IMG/VR virus record: IMGVR_UViG_3300030107_005819
Coordinates: 1-55,980 of that record
Length of the DNA stretch: 55,980 nucleotides
Origin: a virus
Taxonomy: Duplodnaviria; Caudoviricetes
Strand: one strand, 5' to 3'
Shown: in pieces, positions 34,627 through 43,179 of the stretch
How the letters are laid out: each line of letters begins with the position of its first letter
How positions within the stretch are numbered: the stretch's first letter is position 1
Made by a program: the position numbers and the translations under genes
Notes under the pieces: model-generated
Told to the model about the DNA's origin: nothing
The model's database searches: none
The model's input: the letters and a program-made list of their open reading frames with translations, nothing else

Positions 34627-35491
34627 TAATCATCTTATAAAGTTTATATTGATAGGACTCTTTGTCCAGCTTGCTATTCATAATAACTCCCAATGCATCA
34701 GTGTTATAAAATTCCACTCCATCCACGGGCGGGTATAGGTGCATATCTCTTCTCCACATCTTTCGATAGGCAGATTCTAGTTTAATAGGTCCATAGCGGT
34801 GCTCTCCGGGGTTCGAGGGATCTTCTCCGTTTTTTGGCCCTTTAATCCCCTCTTTCTTCATCATTTCTTGTATTTTAAACTTGGCCATAGTATCTGAAAA
34901 ATCAAAAGACATCATCTGAGATAACGTAAGATAAGAAATGGCAGCCAGTGAGTTTGGCCTGCTGGTGGCTGAAAATTCCACAAAGTGAATTTCATTTATA
35001 AACTTGTCGGTTCCCTTGATGTAAGATACCGAGTGTGGGCCACACGATCTCACACGAAACCAGTCTATAACTTGAAATTCATCAAGGCGTTGAATAGGCG
35101 CCGGGAGTCCCTGGACATCTTCATCCTCGAAAATAATCAATTTATCATAAGTAAAGGTTACAAGGCCCGCCTTATATGTTACCACTTTAATTTCTTTGTT
35201 GGTGGTGTCTACACGAAGACTCAATGTATATTCATTGCTCGTGATAAGGCCCGCTCCCTGCAGAGCGAATATTATTTTCGTCCATACCTCCTGTTGAGTT
35301 TTAGTAAAATCAAAGAGGTCCTCTAGTTTTTTAGTATATTTTAATTTATAGCGAGAATCAAATGTCTCGAACACTTCCGGCTTTCGGGTTTTCTTAAAAA
35401 TCAGTGGAGTAGAGTTGAAGAAGGAATACATTACAGCGGGGAGTCCCGAGCCAATCACTATCTCTTTATAGTGTGTGACCTTCTTACTCAT
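34607..35491 (-). CDS. Hypothetical protein with Rossmann-like N-terminus
   Basis: EIVIGSGLPA...TFTYDKLII; likely start MSKK at 35491. Confidence 0.55.
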   Translation of the reverse strand: MSKKVTHYKEIVIGSGLPAVMYSFFNSTPLIFKKTRKPEVFETFDSRYKLKYTKKLEDLFDFTKTQQEVWTKIIFALQGAGLITSNEYTLSLRVDTTNKEIKVVTYKAGLVTFTYDKLIIFEDEDVQGLPAPIQRLDEFQVIDWFRVRSCGPHSVSYIKGTDKFINEIHFVEFSATSRPNSLAAISYLTLSQMMSFDFSDTMAKFKIQEMMKKEGIKGPKNGEDPSNPGEHRYGPIKLESAYRKMWRRDMHLYPPVDGVEFYNTDALGVIMNSKLDKESYQYKLYKMINGTGGE

Positions 35492-36008
35492 AGCATCCCG
35501 GAACATATTCTTGGTTCCGGGCCTCTTCTTCGACCTTTCTAAGTTCTCGTTTTAAGCGGCGACTTAATTTTAAAACCTTAGTGGCATAGCGGTGACCTTT
35601 GTGGCGAGGCTTTACACGGCGGCAACGGCCAGGTCCAGCGTTATAAGAGCAAAGGCTTCGCTTATAGCTCCTCCGATATTTTTGTAAATAATATCCCATT
35701 ATGGCGGTCCCTCTTCGAATACTGGTCTCTGGATCAAACAATTGTTTACACGTTAGTTTTTTTCCAAATCTTCCTCTCCAGCCTCCCGAATACTTAGGGA
35801 GAACTTGGGTTAAGCCACAGGCATTAGACCGACTTTTAGCTGTGGGGGTCCACCTGCTTTCAACGTGGATGAGGGCGGTTAATACGAGGGGATCTACGTT
35901 TTCCTGTTCGGCAACATCCACTAAAAGCTCCATGTGTTCACAAGCAATGTCGGCGTTCGGCATCGTAAGCGACACGACGGCGGCACATATAAGTTCAGGG
36001 AAAGTCAT
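35484..36008 (-). CDS. Lytic transglycosylase (SLT domain)
   Basis: ALIHVESRW (catalytic Glu), ACGLTQV, LFDPETSI, SYNAGPG. Confidence 0.9.
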   Translation of the reverse strand: MTFPELICAAVVSLTMPNADIACEHMELLVDVAEQENVDPLVLTALIHVESRWTPTAKSRSNACGLTQVLPKYSGGWRGRFGKKLTCKQLFDPETSIRRGTAIMGYYLQKYRRSYKRSLCSYNAGPGRCRRVKPRHKGHRYATKVLKLSRRLKRELRKVEEEARNQEYVPGCYE

Positions 36009-36009
36009 C

Positions 36010-36294
36010 TTAGCGCCTCGTTAGAATCCCCAACACATAATTTTCTAAAATCAAAAAGCTCGTCTCTTCTTGAAGTTCAACTTTATTAAGCATGTGTGTT
36101 TCCACCAAGGCCATGTCTCCTCGTGAAATATTGACCGTGCAGTCAGGAGAAATATCTTTGATTCTCACATAAGAGTGTTCTTCCACGGCTGGCTTATAGT
36201 CATCTGGCAGTAAAATTGAAGGCTTGTTTTCCTCTTGTGGTTTGTCTATTTTTTCAACCAACAAGTGTCGGTTTCTTGGACTAAATTTCATCAT
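36010..36294 (-). CDS. groES: Co-chaperonin GroES-like
   Basis: MMKFSPRNRHLLVE...SILLPD...GDMALV...LILENYVLGI; start reassigned to 36294 (GGAG SD). Confidence 0.75.
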   Translation of the reverse strand: MMKFSPRNRHLLVEKIDKPQEENKPSILLPDDYKPAVEEHSYVRIKDISPDCTVNISRGDMALVETHMLNKVELQEETSFLILENYVLGILTRR

Positions 36295-36316
36295 AACTCC
36301 TTTGTTTTGTTTAGTT

Positions 36317-36345
36317 ATATTAGTTCTTTTTTCTTCTTCTGTCAA
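36317..36345 (-). promoter_or_regulatory. sigma70-type promoter
   Basis: TTGACA-17-TAATAT. Confidence 0.65.
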
Positions 36346-36350
36346 GCTTT

Positions 36351-38783
36351 TTATCCACACTTCGAATAACCACACTTAGTACAGGTCACACAACCGTCTT
36401 GATAAATGAGGCCATGGTCGGCGCCACAACTTGGACAAGCCTTGTCGGAGTGGGCTCGTTCTCCGTTCTTGATATAGTTCTTAAGGATCCTGCCGACACA
36501 ACGAGCAAAGCTAAACATATCACTATCTTTGTCTTTTTGAAGTTGCTCCACCAAAAAGGATGGCTTCGCTCCGTGACGGAGACCGAGCGATATCATTCGA
36601 GTAAACGCGGAGTTGTTGGGGTTGTCGAAAACTTTAACGACATCTTTCACCACAACCTCGTCGCCGTTCTCTCCGAACGTGAGGTCGTAACGATTCTCTT
36701 TTGTCTTATAAGATTGCTTGGCGAGCTTCCCACCCGTATATCTCTTGGGGATTTCAATCAAATTGGAGAGTCCCCCCATAACCTCATATGGCTTATCTTG
36801 GAAAAGTCCCACGAGAATAGTCCACCTTTCCCCTTTAATGGTTGTGTGGTGGATGTCACAATCTAAATCGTCAGGACGTCGTGGGGCAATGTTTTGAGGA
36901 AATTTTTCGGTCGGGGCTTTAGTGTCATTAGACACCAATACTCCGGAGCGAGACCCGTCCACATAAACGGTAATCCCTTTAAGGCCCTTCTTCCACCCCA
37001 AGCGGTAAAGATCTGAAACCACCGATGACGGAGTTCCTTTAGGCAAATTAATCGTCGAACTAATGGAGTGGTCAATGTTCTGTTGGATCGCCGCTTGAAT
37101 AGCAACCCTTCGAGTCCAGTCAATTTGATCGCTGGTCACAAAAAAATCTGGAACAGTGGCTGCTCCCAAGTGGGTGTTTTTCCATTCCTGGACGTTATGG
37201 TGGAAAACATCGTACTCCAACCATTTGTCACCCATATCATCAACGAAATCTGGCTCAACACCTGTCTCGTTGTGAGAAAGCTTTCTTCTTCTCTTATAAC
37301 TGTTCCTGAACACCGGCTCCAGTCCCGAACTGGTCTGAGATAAAATAGAGACACTTCCGGTGGGAGCGTTTGTAAGAATGGAAATATTTCTCCTTCCGTG
37401 GTGCTTGATTAGTTTTTTAATTGCTGTTGGCAATCTTTTAATAAAGGCGTTATCCTTTTCTTTCTCCCAGTCAAAGGCCAAGAAAGCTCCCCGCTCTTTG
37501 GCCAAGTTAACACTTTCTGTATATGCTGAGTTTCTGAGAGTGGAATAAACTTTATCGACAATCTGCTCGGCCTCTTCGCTGTCGTACTTTACCCCGAGGC
37601 AAGCGAGGGCATCGGCTAGTCCATGGGTCCCAAGGCCAGTTCGCCGGCCATTACGACACGCGTTTAAAAGATTTGTCCACATTTCTTTCTCGTCTGGTGT
37701 GTCACAAATGCTTATAATGTTTTCTAACTTTTCGACCTCAAGCTCAACGAGATCGTCCGAAAGCCTCATCGCCACACTGGCAATGTTAGTGAAGTGTTCA
37801 AAGTCAAACTCGGCATTTTGAGTAAACTTATTCTTCACGAAGTTCTTTAAATTAATAGAAATAAGGCGGCAACTATCATAAGCTGATAAGGGAATTTCCC
37901 CACACGGATTGGTTGTAATTGTTTTAAATCCCACGTCGGAATAACTGTGGGCTGGGAGATTGTTAATGATGTTATCCCACATCATCAGACCCGGTTCCGC
38001 TGTCTCTGTGGCAGACTCCACAATCTGATCCCACAGGGCCTCAGCATCGATTTCTTCGGTGTAAGTTGGGGAATCCGAGTCAACCGGAAATTGAAGGGTA
38101 AATTTCTCCTTCGCTTCAACAGCCTCCATAAAACTATCGCTGATTTTTACCGACACATTGGCTCCGGTCACCTTCGTCAGATCATGCTTCATTGTTACAA
38201 ACTTCTGAATATCTGGGTGTCGAACATCCATGGTGATCATAAGGGCTCCTCGGCGTCCGTTTTGCCCGATCATTCGGCACACATAAGAATAGAAATCAGC
38301 AAAGGACCAAGCGCCTGTTGTAGTTCCGGCGGAGTTATTAACATAAGTTCCCTCTGGTCGTAACTCCGAAATATCTAAGCCAACGCCACAGCGGCGCTTG
38401 AAGAGGTTAGCAAGCTCTTTCCCGCTGTCCACGATTGAAGAAATGTTATCACCGGGAGAGTCAACGACCACACAGTTAGATAAGGAAAGGTTCACCTCGT
38501 TATTGCCAATACCCATCATGGGGGAGCCCTGGGGGACAATATACTTAAACCCCTTTAGAACCTCGTAAATTGATTCTTCAGACAATGCTCGTGGTCCATC
38601 GAACTTTTGCTCTATTCGGGCAAATTCAGAGGCCAGTCGTCGATGCATGTCGTCTGGAGTTGTCTCCAGCAACTTTCCCTTCTTACTCTTAAGAGCGTAT
38701 TTTGTAATCCATACGTTGGCGGCAAGCTCATCTCCGCCAAAATAATCTAATGTTTTCTTCTCAACTTTTTTGCTGTCAACCAT
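36351..38783 (-). CDS. nrdJ: Adenosylcobalamin-dependent (class II) ribonucleotide reductase
   Basis: LSNCVV, TTNPCGEIPL...SCRL, NAPTGS, KGITVYVDGSR (no YY dyad), C-terminal CPSC...CTKCGYSKCG; no nrdB nearby. Confidence 0.92.
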   Translation of the reverse strand: MVDSKKVEKKTLDYFGGDELAANVWITKYALKSKKGKLLETTPDDMHRRLASEFARIEQKFDGPRALSEESIYEVLKGFKYIVPQGSPMMGIGNNEVNLSLSNCVVVDSPGDNISSIVDSGKELANLFKRRCGVGLDISELRPEGTYVNNSAGTTTGAWSFADFYSYVCRMIGQNGRRGALMITMDVRHPDIQKFVTMKHDLTKVTGANVSVKISDSFMEAVEAKEKFTLQFPVDSDSPTYTEEIDAEALWDQIVESATETAEPGLMMWDNIINNLPAHSYSDVGFKTITTNPCGEIPLSAYDSCRLISINLKNFVKNKFTQNAEFDFEHFTNIASVAMRLSDDLVELEVEKLENIISICDTPDEKEMWTNLLNACRNGRRTGLGTHGLADALACLGVKYDSEEAEQIVDKVYSTLRNSAYTESVNLAKERGAFLAFDWEKEKDNAFIKRLPTAIKKLIKHHGRRNISILTNAPTGSVSILSQTSSGLEPVFRNSYKRRRKLSHNETGVEPDFVDDMGDKWLEYDVFHHNVQEWKNTHLGAATVPDFFVTSDQIDWTRRVAIQAAIQQNIDHSISSTINLPKGTPSSVVSDLYRLGWKKGLKGITVYVDGSRSGVLVSNDTKAPTEKFPQNIAPRRPDDLDCDIHHTTIKGERWTILVGLFQDKPYEVMGGLSNLIEIPKRYTGGKLAKQSYKTKENRYDLTFGENGDEVVVKDVVKVFDNPNNSAFTRMISLGLRHGAKPSFLVEQLQKDKDSDMFSFARCVGRILKNYIKNGERAHSDKACPSCGADHGLIYQDGCVTCTKCGYSKCG

Positions 38784-40155
38784 TGCTTGCTCCTTTCTTT
38801 GTATATTTCTTGTATTTTTCAGCTAATTCTTGCTTATAGTCCTTTGCCGACATTGGAACGCCGGCCTCCGGCATCTCATCTAAATGACGATGAACATCAA
38901 TGTGAACATTGCTCGTCCTCATGGTCATCGGATAGACTATTCCATCCGGGCCATTTCGATTCTTGGCCACAAAAATTCTTCCCGAATCTGTTCGTTTGTC
39001 TTCGATGGTTCTGGAGATTGTGAAAATAAAATCTGCCACAAAACATTTATTAAATGCTTCGGAAATCGACTCCATTGTTACCACTTCAGCGTTCAATCCA
39101 GACCTATTAGTTTGTGATGCTGTCCACACCGGACACACATACTCCTGAGCGATTGCTCGGAGATCCTCATAAATAGTCTCTAGGTCATGTCGTTTCTCTT
39201 TGGTGGCAACAGAAGGTTTAAGTAAATCTCCGTAATCCACTATAATCATTGAGGGTTTTATGTTTCTTTGATATAATTTTTCTAAATGAGTCCGAATAGT
39301 ATTGGGGCTGGCTGATTTTGTGGGGTATTCTTTGATGATCAATTTTCCCTCAATGTCTCGGATGTTTTCATAGATATCCTCTTTAAACTTAGTAATCTCG
39401 GAAAGGGGGATCTTGGTGATACAACTGTCATAACGTGTGGCTATGGTTGTGCTCGCCAACTCCAAAGTATAGTGTACCACAGTACGACCTTCTAGTAAAG
39501 CCTGAACTCCCAAATGGACAAGTGCCATTGATTTCCCTGAGCCCGTGGGGGCGATAACAACACCCAACTCACTATTGCCCAGACCTCCCCGACAAATCTC
39601 ATCAATATATTCCCACCCAGTAGTGATTGGGTTTCTTGTTTTTAATTTAAATCTTTCCTCGAAGTCTTCGATGTAATCATAACCGAAGTTGTTGTCCGAC
39701 CCCAACTTCAAAGCATCGTTAACGATCTTCGAAATTTCATCAAAGGACGCGTTCTGGATCAGCTTGGCGCTCTTGATCATTGCTTCTTTAAGTTTTTGTT
39801 TTCGGCAGAAGTCCAGGGCGGTGTGCTTAATATAGTCTTCATCATCGGGATTCTCGTCGGAACTCATTACACGAACAAAGAAGTCTCTGGTCGTCTTCTG
39901 GGTTGCTCCGTCTTCGTCGTCGAGTTCGGCTCGGAGAATGGAGATCATGGCATCACTGGAGGGGTGAATTTTATATTGAGCCTTATATTCGAGAATCTTT
40001 TTAACAAACACTCTCAGGTGCCTGAGTTCGAGGAAATTAATATCCAGAACTTCCATAATCTGATCACAAAAGGCTCGATCCTTAAGAATCAACTCACATA
40101 ATTTTTCTTGGAAGTTCTTTCCAAACTTTGCAAAACTAGCGTTAGTCGGGTCCAT
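38776..40155 (-). CDS. Replicative SF4 helicase (DnaB/T4 gp41-like)
   Basis: IAPTGSGKS, YTLEL, IKEYPT, IIVDYGDLL, WTASQTNR, KNRNG. Confidence 0.93.
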   Translation of the reverse strand: MDPTNASFAKFGKNFQEKLCELILKDRAFCDQIMEVLDINFLELRHLRVFVKKILEYKAQYKIHPSSDAMISILRAELDDEDGATQKTTRDFFVRVMSSDENPDDEDYIKHTALDFCRKQKLKEAMIKSAKLIQNASFDEISKIVNDALKLGSDNNFGYDYIEDFEERFKLKTRNPITTGWEYIDEICRGGLGNSELGVVIAPTGSGKSMALVHLGVQALLEGRTVVHYTLELASTTIATRYDSCITKIPLSEITKFKEDIYENIRDIEGKLIIKEYPTKSASPNTIRTHLEKLYQRNIKPSMIIVDYGDLLKPSVATKEKRHDLETIYEDLRAIAQEYVCPVWTASQTNRSGLNAEVVTMESISEAFNKCFVADFIFTISRTIEDKRTDSGRIFVAKNRNGPDGIVYPMTMRTSNVHIDVHRHLDEMPEAGVPMSAKDYKQELAEKYKKYTKKGASNG

Positions 40156-40158
40156 GAA

Positions 40159-40437
40159 TCACCAACACTGAATGTCGATGTTTTCCCACCAACAACCGTA
40201 AGGATCCTCATAACGACACCATGTTTCTTCACACAGCCAGCCGGAATAGTCCATATATTCCCACACACAACAGGTATCCGGGTAACAATAGGTTGGGTTT
40301 CCCTTTGCCCAATAAAGGTCTTCTTCGTATTCACAAAGGGGTTCTATTAAATAAGGTCCGGTGGGACCCGGAAGGCTTGTATCTATTAAACAACCCCCCA
40401 ATAAAAATACTGAAATTACCAGTAATGCTCGTCTCAT
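40159..40437 (-). CDS. Cys/Trp-rich putative lipoprotein
   Basis: MRRALLVISVFLLGGC lipobox. Confidence 0.7.
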   Translation of the reverse strand: MRRALLVISVFLLGGCLIDTSLPGPTGPYLIEPLCEYEEDLYWAKGNPTYCYPDTCCVWEYMDYSGWLCEETWCRYEDPYGCWWENIDIQCW

Positions 40438-40453
40438 TTATACTCCTTTAAAG

Positions 40454-40526
40454 TACGCCCTCTGGGAGTCGAACCCAGGTCTACTCGCTTATAAGACGAG
40501 CGCTCTTACCACTGAGCTAAAGGCGT
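40454..40526 (-). tRNA. tRNA-Ile, anticodon UAU, CCA not encoded
   Basis: ACGCCTT-TA-GCTC AGTGGTAA GAGC-G-CTCGT CT TAT AA GCGAG-TAGAC-CTGGG TTCGACT CCCAG-AGGGCGT-A; complete cloverleaf. Confidence 0.92.
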
Positions 40527-40535
40527 ATTGTGTTT

Positions 40536-40564
40536 ATACTAACAAAAAAATTAAGATTTGTCAA
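40536..40564 (-). promoter_or_regulatory. sigma70-type promoter for the tRNA
   Basis: TTGACA-17-TAGTAT with TGT extension. Confidence 0.8.
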
Positions 40565-41231
40565 GGTCTGATTTACTTTTTCTGACAAATACAAAATTCT
40601 TGCCTTTATACTCGTTGGCTTTACAAAGTGCTTCAATAAAGGAGTTCGGTGCTTCGACCTCCAAAATATCTTTTTGACCCTCTTCTTTAAAGACGAAGGT
40701 TGTCCCCCTGACTCTCGACCAGAAATCAGAGTCGTTGGGAATTTTCTCCAGGGTTGACCATGGGCCGCCGTACTCTACAGCATTTCCACTGCTGTCGTAA
40801 GCATTGATGTGCATTCGATTGGTCTTGGCTCCTGGCTCTCCAAAAATAAAAGCGTCCTGTTCATAGAGTTCGGAAAGGTCCTTTCCTAATTCAAACAGTT
40901 CTTTTCTCTCATCCCCTTCAGAGTCTCCTCGGGGTTCATCATAAACGATCACCGACTTTTCTATTACTCTAACCGGCTCGCCGTCCTCACCCTTCTCAAC
41001 CCAAGACCCCTCCAGATCAGCGAAAGGATATCCACTGGTCTTGATGGCCTGTTTGAGATTTTTGTTTCTCTTGTTGTTTTGGTTTCTGGAGTGTTCGTGT
41101 CTATCGCCAGAGATCACAACAAAGGGAACCTTCATATCCTCAATTTTTTTAAGGATTCTACTGTAGGTGGTTTCGTTAATTGTTTCGATAGTCTTTCTCC
41201 ACTTGTTCATTATGTCTTTCATGTCGCTCAT
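40551..41231 (-). CDS. Phage protein (DUF3293-like, from memory) with MKDIMNKWRK leader
   Basis: VVISGDR...NNKRNKNLK...LEGSWVE...EKSVIV...LSELYEQDAFIF. Confidence 0.6.
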   Translation of the reverse strand: MSDMKDIMNKWRKTIETINETTYSRILKKIEDMKVPFVVISGDRHEHSRNQNNKRNKNLKQAIKTSGYPFADLEGSWVEKGEDGEPVRVIEKSVIVYDEPRGDSEGDERKELFELGKDLSELYEQDAFIFGEPGAKTNRMHINAYDSSGNAVEYGGPWSTLEKIPNDSDFWSRVRGTTFVFKEEGQKDILEVEAPNSFIEALCKANEYKGKNFVFVRKSKSDLDKS

Positions 41232-41236
41232 GTCCT

Positions 41237-41244
41237 TAATTAGT
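41237..41244 (-). promoter_or_regulatory. Putative late promoter motif ACTAATTA
   Basis: Intergenic variant just upstream of the start codon. Confidence 0.5.
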
Positions 41245-41251
41245 TAATTTC

Positions 41252-42223
41252 TTAGCAATTCTCAAATATTAAATGCTGAGATATTTGCCATAGAGACGTC
41301 CAGTCAAAGGCGCCGAAGCCATCCTCATTCATCATCTTGATGACCTCGGTCTTGTTTAAAGAGCAATCAAACTGGTAAATGCTTTCTCGAACGGTCTTCT
41401 TGCCATCTATAGGAATGCTGGGGGAGTACAACTGCATTATTTTATAGTTGTCTCGAATCACATTAACATTTTCTAAGATACTGTTGTACATTTTTAATTT
41501 AGAATCTAAGTTGTCTTTACAAAAATCCACGATGTCGTCCACTGTCACCCCTTCGTCGGTGGCCAAGAAGTCCATCTTTTTAGCCAGACTTTTAAGCCCA
41601 ACACCGGGAACTCCCGGCAGGTTGTCACTCTTATCGCCAGCAATGGCACGAGCCAAGGCGAAGTTGGTGGGGTGAATATCATAACGCTCCAAGATTTTGT
41701 TTTTATTAAGCACTTCTTTTTGGACCGGCCTAAACAAGACTGTAGATTCGTCACACAATTGAATATAGTCTTTATCACTGGAGACGATGATCTTTTGGTG
41801 CTCCTTCATATTGGGTAATCCCACAATATAAGCGATGACGTCATCTGCTTCGATGCCGGGGAGCATAACTTGAGCAATCGGAAGATGATTCAAATATTCC
41901 ACCAGCCTTGTCTGCTGCCAAATTTTATTTTCAAGTTCTTCGTTTTCGTCCAGCATCCCCTGGATGCCCCTATTGAGGCGAAGAGGCTTTCTGCCGTCTT
42001 TGTATCCCTTGTTGACGATTTTCTTTCTCTGAGAGCCTCCTGGGCCGTCCCAAACCACTACAACGGCGTCTGGTCTGGTTTCTCTCATTAGCTTCTGTAA
42101 AATCTTGAGGAAGCCCTTGGTTCCTCCGATGGGTTGACCATTGCTGGACAAGGAGGGGTCTACGATGTAAGCCCTAAAATACATGTTGAGGGCGTCAACA
42201 ATCAAATATCTTTTCGTTTTCAT
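41252..42223 (-). CDS. 5'-3' exonuclease / flap endonuclease (PolI 5'-nuclease, T4 RNase H-like)
   Basis: LIVDALNMYFRAY, VVWDG, YKDGR, EADDVIAY, SSDKDYIQL, GDKSDNLPGVPGVGLK; start reassigned to 42223. Confidence 0.93.
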   Translation of the reverse strand: MKTKRYLIVDALNMYFRAYIVDPSLSSNGQPIGGTKGFLKILQKLMRETRPDAVVVVWDGPGGSQRKKIVNKGYKDGRKPLRLNRGIQGMLDENEELENKIWQQTRLVEYLNHLPIAQVMLPGIEADDVIAYIVGLPNMKEHQKIIVSSDKDYIQLCDESTVLFRPVQKEVLNKNKILERYDIHPTNFALARAIAGDKSDNLPGVPGVGLKSLAKKMDFLATDEGVTVDDIVDFCKDNLDSKLKMYNSILENVNVIRDNYKIMQLYSPSIPIDGKKTVRESIYQFDCSLNKTEVIKMMNEDGFGAFDWTSLWQISQHLIFENC

Positions 42224-42654
42224 TTTTCTCTTGTGTTTAAAATATGATCCCACATGGGAAATAAGATGCACCAATTAGCGTCTTGATTTTTTCCCATGTG
42301 ATGATCCCAGTGCCATCTCAGATGTTTCTTCCCCCACTCTGGGTGAGTGTGGGCATATCGATGGATAGTATAGTATAATATAGCATAGGCTACTACGGTT
42401 GTCAAGAAAATAATATCTACATAAAGAAGAGGTAAGTGTAGTATCACCAATAGCGATAAAGCAAGTAACTCTTTTTTATAAACTGTGGTGTCGTGATTGT
42501 TATTCTTTCGGCACTGGCTGTGATGGTCACTCCAATGAAACTTCCAGAAACTATTTTTACGCTTTCCCACCATGTGAAGGATGTATTTGTGAATTATCCA
42601 CTCATATAAATTGGCGACAACCAGCCCCACGACTATTTTAAAGACTATGATCAC
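42220..42654 (-). CDS. Fatty-acid hydroxylase/sterol desaturase superfamily membrane protein
   Basis: His boxes EWIIHKYILH, FHWSDHH, IHRYAH, WHWDHH; NW...P.WDHILNT; likely GTG start 42654. Confidence 0.8.
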   Translation of the reverse strand: MIIVFKIVVGLVVANLYEWIIHKYILHMVGKRKNSFWKFHWSDHHSQCRKNNNHDTTVYKKELLALSLLVILHLPLLYVDIIFLTTVVAYAILYYTIHRYAHTHPEWGKKHLRWHWDHHMGKNQDANWCILFPMWDHILNTREK

Positions 42655-43163
42655 TTCAGGAACATATGCCAATCAGGATGTCGTTCACTAGAAGGGGTTA
42701 ATCCATAGTATATATCATAACAAGGCTTGGTTGGCCTTGTCTTCAGTCTCATTCCAATTTGGGAAAGTAGCCTGTCATTCTTCTTATTATTACATTTATA
42801 ACAGGCTGTCACACAGTTCTCGTATGAAGACTGCCCCCCTTTAGATACAGGAATGACATGATCAATAGTGGTGTGGGTTCTTGAAGGACGAACACCACAG
42901 TATTGGCAGGTGTAGTTATCTCTTTTCTTTACCATGGCTTTCGAAAAAATTATCTTTTTACGAAAAAATCTAACCTGGCTTCGGAGGCGAAGAGTTGCTG
43001 GTAATTGTATCGCTCCGGATACTGACCGTATTGCTTTACCTTCCCACTCCGAAACCACGTCGACCTTCTCTTTCAGAAGAAGTTTAAGGGCTCGGTTCCA
43101 TGTTACAAAATTAAGGGGGCGATAATCAGAATTTAAAAGAAGTATTTTCTGATTCTCAATCAT
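42651..43163 (-). CDS. HNH endonuclease (McrA-like)
   Basis: LLLNSDYRPL, RDNYTCQYCG, TIDHVIPVSKGG, NCVTACYKCNNKK; start reassigned to 43163. Confidence 0.92.
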   Translation of the reverse strand: MIENQKILLLNSDYRPLNFVTWNRALKLLLKEKVDVVSEWEGKAIRSVSGAIQLPATLRLRSQVRFFRKKIIFSKAMVKKRDNYTCQYCGVRPSRTHTTIDHVIPVSKGGQSSYENCVTACYKCNNKKNDRLLSQIGMRLKTRPTKPCYDIYYGLTPSSERHPDWHMFLK

Positions 43164-43179
43164 ACTATAATAAATATGA

